DNA of 48,106 nucleotides. It comes from a virus (lineage: Duplodnaviria; Caudoviricetes). Location of the stretch: positions 1 through 48,106 of IMG/VR virus record IMGVR_UViG_3300049436_000151; one strand, given 5' to 3'. The position numbers and the translations under genes were made by a program. Shown in pieces: positions 36,900 to 44,778 of the stretch. Each line of letters opens with the position of its first letter. Positions within the stretch are counted from its first letter, which is position 1. The notes below the pieces were generated by a model. It did no database searches. It worked only from the letters and a program-made list of their open reading frames with translations, and had not been told where the DNA came from.

Positions 36900-38588
36900 A
36901 TGGCCACGTATAGCGGCGCTGTCCTGCCCTCGGGGCTGCCCGGGAATCCTGCCTATGGCGCGGCGGCCAAGTTCCTGCCTGCGCCCTTGACGCTGCCCTA
37001 TGCGGCAGCGTTGGCCGGCAACCCGCCTAATGCCGGCGTGAAGACCAACAACCTGCCGATCTCCGAGATCGTCTCGGTCTTCTCGGGGAACCTGGTTCGC
37101 CAGTTTGAGCAGGACTGGTATCACCACGTCCATCTCTTGCCGGCCACGATCGCGCTGGGCAATCTGCTGTCGACACAGATGCGCCAGGTCGAGGTGTGGA
37201 ATGCGCACTTCGCGTCTCAAACCCTGACGGCGGTGATCGGTGCGAACGATGGCGGTATATCACTTGCCGCCCCGGCCAATCCGCCAACGACCTACGGCAT
37301 GCTGGAGTCCCGCCTGCACAACGTCTCGGTGAGCCTCGACGGGCCGCCGGTGATCGAAGCGGATTTCACCTTCCAGTTTCCAGATGAAGCGCCGACGCTG
37401 TCGATCTCCGGCCGACGCGTCGTGGTGTTCGGACTCAAACCCAACTGGGCAGACGGCTGGCTGGAGCGCTTGATGTGGGCGACTGATGTCCTCACGGCGC
37501 GCGACGGTACAGAACAACGGGTCAGCTTGCGGGCCAAGCCGCGCCGCTCCCTGGAGTTCTCGATACTGGTGGGCAGTGCAGATGCCGCGCTTCTGGACGT
37601 GCTGTTGTCGGCTTGGCAATCGCGGGTCTATGCGCTGCCGATCTGGCCCGACAAAGCGGTGCTCACTGCAGCCATCGCAGCAGGCAGTACGGTAATTCCG
37701 CTGACCACCACCAATCTCGAATACGAAGCAGACGGTCTCCTGGTGATTGGCTCAGACAGCCGCAACACCGAGGCAGCAGAGGTGCTGTCGGTGGCGAGCA
37801 ACGCCGTGACACTGAAGCAGCCCTTGCTGCAATCCTGGCCGGCGGGCGCGTTTGTGACACCGGCACGCACGGCGCGGCTGCGCGTGACACAAGCGGTCTC
37901 GCGGGTGACGGACGCCATCGCCACCGCTCGGCTGGTGTTCGATATCGCGGGCACCACGGCCATCACCAAGCAGGACTCGACCACCACCTTCAACTCGACA
38001 CCGGTCTGGATCACACGCCCGAACCGGGTGCGCGATGTGGAGAGTGACTATCGGCGGCTGGCCGAAGTACTGGATTTCGGCACCGGCATCACAGCCGTCG
38101 ACGATCATGCCGCGCGCCCCTTCGTGCGTCGCTCCTTCGATTACATCTTCAAGAACCGCACCGAGGTTGATGCCTTCAAGGCGTGGCTGGCCGCACGCCA
38201 GGGGCGCTTGACCGCGTTCTGGCACCCAACCTGGGAAGCATCCATCGTCCCGGTCAAGAAAATCCTCTCGAACCAGACGGTGATGACGGTTGCCTCGCGC
38301 GGTTACGCACTCTATTTCAATCCGATGCCGGGGCGCACCGAAGCCGCGTTCCTCTACAAAAACGGCACGTGGTATTTCCGCACGATCTCGAGTTTCGGGG
38401 CAGGAACTATCGGTGATGAAGAAGTGATGACGATCAATCAGTCTTTCGGCTTCGACGCCAACCCCGAGGACTGGATCGCCATCTATTTTCTGGAAAAAAC
38501 CCGACTCGATGCCGACCAGATCGAGATCAACTGGCAGACGGACAGCGTCGTGGAAGCATCCATCCCGATGCTGAGCGTGAAAGCATGA
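36900..38588 (+). CDS. Distal-tail-like virion protein
   Basis: PNW....ERL.W.TDV....GTEQR..LR..PRR; GRL..FW.P; RLDAD.IEI. Confidence 0.7.
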   Translation: MATYSGAVLPSGLPGNPAYGAAAKFLPAPLTLPYAAALAGNPPNAGVKTNNLPISEIVSVFSGNLVRQFEQDWYHHVHLLPATIALGNLLSTQMRQVEVWNAHFASQTLTAVIGANDGGISLAAPANPPTTYGMLESRLHNVSVSLDGPPVIEADFTFQFPDEAPTLSISGRRVVVFGLKPNWADGWLERLMWATDVLTARDGTEQRVSLRAKPRRSLEFSILVGSADAALLDVLLSAWQSRVYALPIWPDKAVLTAAIAAGSTVIPLTTTNLEYEADGLLVIGSDSRNTEAAEVLSVASNAVTLKQPLLQSWPAGAFVTPARTARLRVTQAVSRVTDAIATARLVFDIAGTTAITKQDSTTTFNSTPVWITRPNRVRDVESDYRRLAEVLDFGTGITAVDDHAARPFVRRSFDYIFKNRTEVDAFKAWLAARQGRLTAFWHPTWEASIVPVKKILSNQTVMTVASRGYALYFNPMPGRTEAAFLYKNGTWYFRTISSFGAGTIGDEEVMTINQSFGFDANPEDWIAIYFLEKTRLDADQIEINWQTDSVVEASIPMLSVKA

Positions 38589-39382
38589 CCTACACCACAC
38601 AGGAAATCTCGGCGGCGGCTGGCCAGCCGGTCGAGCTTTATCGTTTCGTACTCGGTCAGCAGGTATGGACGGTAACGAGTGCCCGGGATGTCATTACCTA
38701 CCAGGCCGAAAGCTACCAACCCGCCGTGATCCGCCGCTCAGCCGTCGAGCAGTCGCCAGATTTTGCCCGCAACGGCATTGACCTCGAGTGCGCCCGCGAC
38801 TTTGCGGTGGCTCAACTCTTCGCGGCGGCACGGCCCAATGGCGTGGTGTCGGTCACGTTGTTTCGTAACCACCTGGGTGATGCCGAGTACATCACCTGGT
38901 GGAAGGGGCGCGTGGCTTCCGTGGTGTTCAGCGGCAGTACCGCGAAGATTCGCTGCGAGTCGATCTTCACGGCGCTGAAGCGGCCGGGCTTGCGCGCCCA
39001 CTACCAGACCGGGTGCCGCCATGCACTGTTCGATCCGGGCTGCGGAATGAACAACCAAGCCTACAAGGTGGCCGGTACCGTGAGTGCGCTCTCCGGCCTG
39101 AACGTGACATCCAGCGCCTTGCTCGCGCAGGCCACCGGCTGGCTGACCGGAGGGTATCTGCGGGTTGGCGGCGTGCCACGCATGATCACCAATCACTCGG
39201 GTGACACCGTCACGCTCTCGGCCGTACTGCCAGGAATTGCCGTGGGCTCGGCATTTGAAGCCTTTGCCGGCTGTGACCGGACGTTTGCCACCTGCCAGAG
39301 CAAGTTCGGCAACAGTCTCAATTTCGGCGGGTTTCCCTGGATTCCCGTCAAGAACCCCTTCGCCGGGGATTCGATTGTCTGA
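38585..39382 (+). CDS. Tail hub protein, BR0599/DUF2163 (gpL-like) family
   Basis: PVELYRF; CRHALFD..C; GCDRTFATC..KFGN.LNFGGFP.IP. Confidence 0.85.
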   Translation: MTYTTQEISAAAGQPVELYRFVLGQQVWTVTSARDVITYQAESYQPAVIRRSAVEQSPDFARNGIDLECARDFAVAQLFAAARPNGVVSVTLFRNHLGDAEYITWWKGRVASVVFSGSTAKIRCESIFTALKRPGLRAHYQTGCRHALFDPGCGMNNQAYKVAGTVSALSGLNVTSSALLAQATGWLTGGYLRVGGVPRMITNHSGDTVTLSAVLPGIAVGSAFEAFAGCDRTFATCQSKFGNSLNFGGFPWIPVKNPFAGDSIV

Positions 39383-39392
39383 GGGCTGAATC

Positions 39393-39632
39393 ATGTGGGT
39401 ACAGATTGCCATCTGGGTCATCACCACGGTTATCGGCATGCTGCTTACGCCGAAGCCGCCGAAGCCCATTGCGCCCTCGCCGGGCAACCTCGATGTGCCG
39501 GTGGCGGAATCCGGAAAGGCCATTCCTGTGCTGTTCGGCACCCGCGTCATTCGTCAGGCCAATGTGGTCTGGTATGGCGACGTCAAAACCACCGAGATTC
39601 GTCAATCGTCGGGCAGCGGAGGCAAGAAATGA
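39393..39632 (+). CDS. Small tail assembly protein
   Basis: Hydrophobic N-terminus; PVAESG.AIPVLFGT...NVVWYGD. Confidence 0.75.
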   Translation: MWVQIAIWVITTVIGMLLTPKPPKPIAPSPGNLDVPVAESGKAIPVLFGTRVIRQANVVWYGDVKTTEIRQSSGSGGKK

Positions 39633-39835
39633 TTGTGACGCATGACGACGCCAAAGCCTTCGGCTACTGCAACGCCGGTCTGCGCAAGTGGTTCCCGCGC
39701 GATGGCGTGAGCTTTGATGATTTCCGCCAGAACGGTGTGACGACCGACTGGCTGCGCGCCACCGGCGATGCGATGGCATGCCGTCTTGCCGACAAAATGG
39801 AACAGCCGCTCGAACCACAACAGGAGGAGGCATAA
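39629..39835 (+). CDS. Small tail assembly protein (68 aa)
   Basis: ATGA overlap; YC..G.R.WF...G..F.DF..NG......ATGDAMA. Confidence 0.7.
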   Translation: MIVTHDDAKAFGYCNAGLRKWFPRDGVSFDDFRQNGVTTDWLRATGDAMACRLADKMEQPLEPQQEEA

Positions 39836-42046
39836 ATGGGCGGCGGCGGAAAAGGCGGTGGTGGTTCCTCCACCTATGTCGTCGGCCATCGCTATTACGC
39901 CGGACTCCATCTGGCGCTGTGCCACGGGCCGGTGGATGCCGTGACGCGCATCATCGTGGGCGAGCGCACGGCCTGGAGCGGCAGCATCACGTCCTCACAG
40001 ACGATCTACATCAACGCGCCGGAACTCTTCGGTGGCGAGTCCCGCGAGGGCGGTGTCCAAGGCTACGTCGAAATCAAGATGGGTGGGCCAGCAGAAACCG
40101 TTTCCGGCTACCTGCATCAGATGCTCGGCAGCATCATCCCGGCCTTCCGGGGCGTAGTGTCGCTCATCGCGCAGCAATGCCTGCTGTCGGCCATGAATCC
40201 TTACGTCAAGCCGTGGAGCGTCGAAGCGCGGCGCATTCCCGCACCGGCGGCCTTAGGTGGCGGCAACATCAACAATGACGCGAACCCGTCGCACATCATC
40301 TACGAGTGCCTGAACAACGCCACGTGGGGCTTGGGTTATGCAGCGAGCGAAATCGATGCGACCAGTTTCCAGACTTCGGCCAACACGCTGGCCTCCGAAC
40401 AATACGGTTTGTCGATCTTGTGGGATCGCGAACAACCCTTGGAGGAATTCATCGCCGAGGTACTGCGGCATATCGACGGCACGCTCTATGTGCATCCCCG
40501 CACCGGCAAGTTCGTTCTGAAGCTCGCCCGGGCCGACTACACCGTATCCAGCCTATTGGTGCTCGATGCGTCGAACATTCTGGAACTGGAGAGTTTTTCG
40601 CGGCCGGCTGAATCGGAACTGGTCAATCAGGTCACGGTGCGTTACCGCGATCGATCCACGGACAAGGATGCCGCCATCACGGTGCATGACCTGGCGGCGC
40701 TGGAACTGGCCGGCGGCGTGGTGTCCTCGGTGACGGTCGATTATCCCGGGGTGAGCAATGGCAGTCTGGCCTCGCGGGTTGCGCTGGGCGATCTGAAACA
40801 ACTCTCGGTGCCCCTGGCCAAGGCCACGCTGATCGCCAACCGGCAGGCCGCCAACCTCAACATCGGCGAGGTATTCAAATTCACCTGGCCCGAGTTCGGC
40901 ATCGCGCAACTGGTGATGCGGGTGGTGCGCATCTCCTACGGGACGCTGACCGATGGCCGTGTACGGATCGAATGCGTCGAAGACATCTTTGGCCTGCCAT
41001 CGGCCTCCTACGTTTCCCCGACGCCGACCTCATGGGTGTCGCCGCTGACGTCACCCGCCCCGGTACCGTATCGCCGGCTTGCGGAAGCACCTTGGTGGTC
41101 AGTAGTGAAACGACTGGTTGGTGAGTCGGCTACAGCACGCGCCGAACTCGACCCGCAAGGTGGCTTTCTGGTCGCCTGTGCCAGTCGGCCCTCGGGTGAT
41201 TCACTCAACGTCAAACTGCTGACCCGCCAGGGCAGCGCCGCCTACGCCGAAGTTGAAACGATGGGCTTTACGCCCAATGCAACGGTGACCAATGCCATCG
41301 ACGAACAGGCGACGGTACTGACCCTCGGCAATGGACAGGACCTCGGCGTCGTGAAACTCGACACCATTGCCTATCTCGATAACGAGATCGTCGCGGTCAA
41401 GGCGATCAATCTCGTGGCCGGCACGGTGACGGTCGATCGGGGCGTGCTCGATACGGTACCGGCAACGCACCTGGCAGCAGCGCGCCTCTGGTTTGCCGAC
41501 GCCGTGGAAGCGCTGATCACCGAGCAGTACCTCTCTGCTGAAACACTGCAGGTGAAGATGCTGCCGGCCACCGGCCTCGGTCGCTTGGCAGAATCGGCAG
41601 CACCTGCGGATAGCTATACCTTTGCCGGGCGGATGATCCGGCCTTATCCGCCGGGGAACGTGAAAATCAACAACGTGATGTGGCCGACGGTCATTCTCGG
41701 TCAAGCATCTGTGACCTGGGCCTACCGCGACCGGATGCAGCAGACGGTGTATCTGGTGACGCAGTCCGAGGCCAACATCGGTCCCGAAGTTGGAACCACC
41801 TACACCATTCGGGTCTATGGCGAGAGCGGCGCTCTCCGGAAAACCGTCACCGGCATCACCACGACGTCCTGGAGTTATCTCGTCGCCGATGAGGTAACCG
41901 ACAGTGGTCTGGGCCGCCTCAACGGAAAACTCAAGATTGAAGTTGAAGCGGTGCGCGACGGCTATGCCAGTTGGCAACGGCAAACGCGCAGTTTTGATCG
42001 CGCCGGCTTCGGACTCAATTACGGCAAATACTATGGAGGCATCTGA
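39836..42046 (+). CDS. Central tail fibre / tip attachment protein (Phage-tail_3-like)
   Basis: MGGGGK, LCHGPVD, PAFRG, NPSHIIYE, RGVLDT.P..H, RPYPPGNV. Confidence 0.85.
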   Translation: MGGGGKGGGGSSTYVVGHRYYAGLHLALCHGPVDAVTRIIVGERTAWSGSITSSQTIYINAPELFGGESREGGVQGYVEIKMGGPAETVSGYLHQMLGSIIPAFRGVVSLIAQQCLLSAMNPYVKPWSVEARRIPAPAALGGGNINNDANPSHIIYECLNNATWGLGYAASEIDATSFQTSANTLASEQYGLSILWDREQPLEEFIAEVLRHIDGTLYVHPRTGKFVLKLARADYTVSSLLVLDASNILELESFSRPAESELVNQVTVRYRDRSTDKDAAITVHDLAALELAGGVVSSVTVDYPGVSNGSLASRVALGDLKQLSVPLAKATLIANRQAANLNIGEVFKFTWPEFGIAQLVMRVVRISYGTLTDGRVRIECVEDIFGLPSASYVSPTPTSWVSPLTSPAPVPYRRLAEAPWWSVVKRLVGESATARAELDPQGGFLVACASRPSGDSLNVKLLTRQGSAAYAEVETMGFTPNATVTNAIDEQATVLTLGNGQDLGVVKLDTIAYLDNEIVAVKAINLVAGTVTVDRGVLDTVPATHLAAARLWFADAVEALITEQYLSAETLQVKMLPATGLGRLAESAAPADSYTFAGRMIRPYPPGNVKINNVMWPTVILGQASVTWAYRDRMQQTVYLVTQSEANIGPEVGTTYTIRVYGESGALRKTVTGITTTSWSYLVADEVTDSGLGRLNGKLKIEVEAVRDGYASWQRQTRSFDRAGFGLNYGKYYGGI

Positions 42047-42396
42047 TGGCAAGCACTGATCCCAATCTCGGACTGACCTACGGCTGGACGCTCGGCGAGT
42101 CGGGCTGGAATACCAGCATGGACACAAACTTGAAACGCGTCGGCGCAGTCGTTGGGCTCTCGGTCAAGGACCGGGATCTGACTACGCCGCCAGCGGGCCC
42201 CGTCGATGGTGATCGCTACATCATCCCGGCCGCCGCCACTGGCGTCTGGGCAGCCAAGACCAACCAGATCGCCGTCCGAGTGGCGAGTGCCTGGGAGTAT
42301 TACGTACCCAAAGTGGGCTGGCTCTGCTTTATCGAGGACGAGGCGGTTCTGTCCGCCTACAAGGTTGCTGGATGGAGTGCTGGCGTCGCGATCTGA
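42046..42396 (+). CDS. DUF2793 family tail protein
   Basis: RDLTTPP..P.DGDRYIIPA.ATG.WA....QIA......W....P..GW. Confidence 0.82.
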   Translation: MASTDPNLGLTYGWTLGESGWNTSMDTNLKRVGAVVGLSVKDRDLTTPPAGPVDGDRYIIPAAATGVWAAKTNQIAVRVASAWEYYVPKVGWLCFIEDEAVLSAYKVAGWSAGVAI

Positions 42397-42418
42397 ACTG
42401 AATACTTTGCAACCACCG

Positions 42419-42449
42419 AACCCGCCCTCGAGGCGGGTTTCGCATTTCT
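42419..42449 (+). terminator. Hairpin between the tail and lysis modules
   Basis: AACCCGCC-CTCGA-GGCGGGTT followed by a weak T-tract. Confidence 0.5.
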
Positions 42450-42463
42450 GGAGGACTGAAAAC

Positions 42464-42757
42464 ATGGACGGAGCACAAATCGAGCGGCGCAAGATGGTGA
42501 CGTTGCCACAAGAAGAATTCGAGGAAATTCTGGAGCGCGCCGCCGAGCGCGGTGCTCGGCACGCCCTGTCGGAAGTCGGGCTCGATGGCCCGGATGCTGC
42601 CCGCGACATCCACGAGTTGCGCGGACTGCTGGACGCCTTCACGGAAGCCAAGAAAACTGCCGGCCTGACCATCGTGAAGATGCTGGTCACGGGCATGGTC
42701 ATGGCATTGCTGGCCGGCGCCTTCGTGAAACTCAAGTTGTTCGGAGGTGGGCAATGA
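42464..42757 (+). CDS. DUF6127-like membrane protein (holin/antiholin candidate)
   Basis: EFEEIL.RAAERGA..AL..VGLDG..AA.DI.ELR.LL; C-terminal hydrophobic helix; GGAGG SD. Confidence 0.7.
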   Translation: MDGAQIERRKMVTLPQEEFEEILERAAERGARHALSEVGLDGPDAARDIHELRGLLDAFTEAKKTAGLTIVKMLVTGMVMALLAGAFVKLKLFGGGQ

Positions 42758-43230
42758 TCGAGACGCTACTGGGTGGTCTGCTGGGCGGCGCGTTTCGACT
42801 GGCTCCGGAAATCCTGAAATGGATGGACCGCAATGGAGAACGCAGTCACGAACTGGCGATGCAGGACAAGGCCCTGGAGTTCGAGAAAATCCGTGGCGCG
42901 CAACGCATGGGTGAGATCGGGGCCGGTGCCGATGCGGCGTGGAATACCGGGGCTATCGAGGCGCTGCGCGATGCGGTGCGCACCCAGGGTGAAAAGACTG
43001 GCGTGGCGTGGGCAGATGCGCTGTCCTCCAGCGTGCGTCCGGTGATCACTTACTGGTTCATGGCCTTGTACTGTGCCGCCAAGACAGCCGCGTTCGTGGC
43101 TGCCGTTACTGCAGGCGCTGAGTGGGGTGCGGCGATCCTTCACGTATGGACTGAAGCCGATCAGGCGCTATGGGCCGGGGTGCTAAATTTCTGGTTCCTT
43201 GGGCGCGTTTTCGACCGGGTGCGGTCGTGA
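42754..43230 (+). CDS. Putative holin-like membrane protein
   Basis: Hydrophobic segments; SVRPVITY and FWFLGR motifs; directly before the endolysin. Confidence 0.65.
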   Translation: MIETLLGGLLGGAFRLAPEILKWMDRNGERSHELAMQDKALEFEKIRGAQRMGEIGAGADAAWNTGAIEALRDAVRTQGEKTGVAWADALSSSVRPVITYWFMALYCAAKTAAFVAAVTAGAEWGAAILHVWTEADQALWAGVLNFWFLGRVFDRVRS

Positions 43231-43733
43231 TTGATGTGCCGCAGGCGGCGATCGATCTGGCCAAGCGGTTCGAGGGTTTTCATCGCGTACCGAGGTTCGA
43301 TCCCGGGCGGCGTGCGCACCCGTACATCTGCCCTGCAGGTTACTGGACGATTGGCTATGGCCATCTCTGCGATGCGCAACATCCATCGATTTCGGAGGTT
43401 GAGGCCGAAGACTATCTGGCTGGGGATCTGATGACGGCCCTGAAGGCGACGCTACGATACTGCCCGGTGCTGACCAACGAACCCGAGGGGCGGCTGGCGG
43501 CCATCGTCGATTTTACGTTCAATCTTGGTGCGGGACGGCTGCAGGCTTCGACGCTGCGACGACGAATCAATCAGCGGAATTGGATTGCAGTGGGGCAGGA
43601 ATTACGTCGATGGGTCTATGGTGGCGGCAGGGTGTTGCCTGGCCTCGTTGCGCGACGAGAATACGAACGAGTGTTATTCAATGCGCATGAGCGCCGTTCA
43701 AAAGTATTCGGCATCAGCCTTCCGTCTCATTGA
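43227..43733 (+). CDS. Endolysin, GH24 lysozyme
   Basis: FEG...PYICPAGYWTIGYGH, DFTFNLG.G....STL, RWVY.GG..LPGLV.RR. Confidence 0.92.
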   Translation: MIDVPQAAIDLAKRFEGFHRVPRFDPGRRAHPYICPAGYWTIGYGHLCDAQHPSISEVEAEDYLAGDLMTALKATLRYCPVLTNEPEGRLAAIVDFTFNLGAGRLQASTLRRRINQRNWIAVGQELRRWVYGGGRVLPGLVARREYERVLFNAHERRSKVFGISLPSH

Positions 43734-43814
43734 AGCCGTGCTCACGAGTAGTGCTTCGATTGGTTGCTGCAGCCGGGCTGATGACTGTGGTGTTAATCAG
43801 TATTTGATGGTGGC

Positions 43815-43853
43815 CGAACTGGCGGAACCCACCAGTTCGAGTTAAACTATAAT
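43815..43853 (+). promoter_or_regulatory. Inverted repeat and AT-rich -10-like elements upstream of the DUF4007 gene
   Basis: CGAACTGG-N9-CCAGTTCG (43815-43839); TAAACT at 43843-43848 and TATAAT at 43848-43853; no SD before ATG 43855. Confidence 0.4.
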
Positions 43854-43854
43854 A

Positions 43855-44778
43855 ATGAAAAGAGCTACTTCAAGACTTGGTCGAGGAACGCCTGCCCATT
43901 TTTCGGGGCATGAGACGTTTCCTCTGCGTCAGATGTGGCTCAAGAAGGCTTTTGATCGAGCGATTGATGGTGGCCTGATCGTCAAGGCCACCTTTTCTGA
44001 TGAGACCGCTATCGCCTCCTTTGGAGTAGGTAAGAACATGGTCGCGTCGATTCGGCATTGGGCTTTGGCGTGCGGTGTGATGCGTGAGACCGACCAGGGA
44101 TTTCGCATCGGCGGCCTCGCCAGCGAAATCCTGCAAGACGGAGGCCTAGACCCTTATGCTGAGAGCCCTTCGACCGCATGGCTTGCCCATTGGCAGCTTG
44201 CAGGTCGATGCTTCCGCTCAACGACATGGCATTGGCTATTCAATCATGTGACGGTTCCCACATTCACGCGCCAAGAGCTCGAAGACCCCTTGGCCCGCTA
44301 TGCCCGCGAGCTCGACCCTAAGCACCGCCTTTCGGCCTCGACTATCTCGCGCGACTTGGAGACGTGCCTCCGCAGCTACGCCCCGAGAGCGGCGGGAGGC
44401 TCTCCCGAGGACTTCGCTGAGCCACTGTTGGGCGAGTTGGGCCTGCTTCAAGAAGTCCATAAGGGCCAATATGCGTTCCGTCGCGGCCCCAAGGCATCAC
44501 TGCACAATGGCGTCTTCGCTTATGCCTTGGTCGACTTCTGGAATCGCGCGGCCGAAGGCCAAAGTTCTTTGGCATTTGAGACTGTCGCCTACGCTGAAGG
44601 TTCTCCGGGCCGCGTGTTCAAGCTCGATGAAGAGTCCATAGCCCAACGGCTGATCGCTCTGTCTGATTTCACGGGCCGCAAACTTGAGTGGACCGATTCC
44701 GCAGGTCTTCGGCAGGTCCATCGCAAGGATTTGTCCAAGGAGGACATAAAGAACATGATCAGGCGTGCCTATGACTGA
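43855..44778 (+). CDS. sspB: DUF4007 protein, SspB-like (Ssp phosphorothioation system)
   Basis: FSGHETFPLR..WLKK, FGVGKNMVASIRHW, DPY.E...T.WL.HW, SPGRVFKLDE, DSAGLRQ. Confidence 0.8.
   Translation: MKRATSRLGRGTPAHFSGHETFPLRQMWLKKAFDRAIDGGLIVKATFSDETAIASFGVGKNMVASIRHWALACGVMRETDQGFRIGGLASEILQDGGLDPYAESPSTAWLAHWQLAGRCFRSTTWHWLFNHVTVPTFTRQELEDPLARYARELDPKHRLSASTISRDLETCLRSYAPRAAGGSPEDFAEPLLGELGLLQEVHKGQYAFRRGPKASLHNGVFAYALVDFWNRAAEGQSSLAFETVAYAEGSPGRVFKLDEESIAQRLIALSDFTGRKLEWTDSAGLRQVHRKDLSKEDIKNMIRRAYD

Larger units (their letters stand above)
4948..43733 (+). mobile_element. Temperate siphovirus prophage core (serine-recombinase type; lambda-like head, D3112/GTA-like tail tip); att boundaries not identified and may lie further out
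   Basis: Contiguous co-oriented integration, replication, packaging, head, tail and lysis genes, many with ATGA/GTGA stop-start overlaps; no obvious disruptions. Confidence 0.93.

Noticed and set aside
36102-37220. Long antisense or alternate-frame ORFs (e.g. 372 aa here; also 886-1761, 13907-14767, 22052-22942, 41201-42127)
   Set aside because: Shadow ORFs of well-supported genes in GC-rich DNA, with no recognisable motifs
35320-42396. Diversity-generating retroelement or invertible tail-fibre switch
   Set aside because: No reverse transcriptase, template/variable repeat pair or invertase seen
43525-43845. 106-aa ORF after the endolysin as a spanin
   Set aside because: No signal peptide, lipobox or transmembrane segment; it mostly overlaps the lysozyme gene
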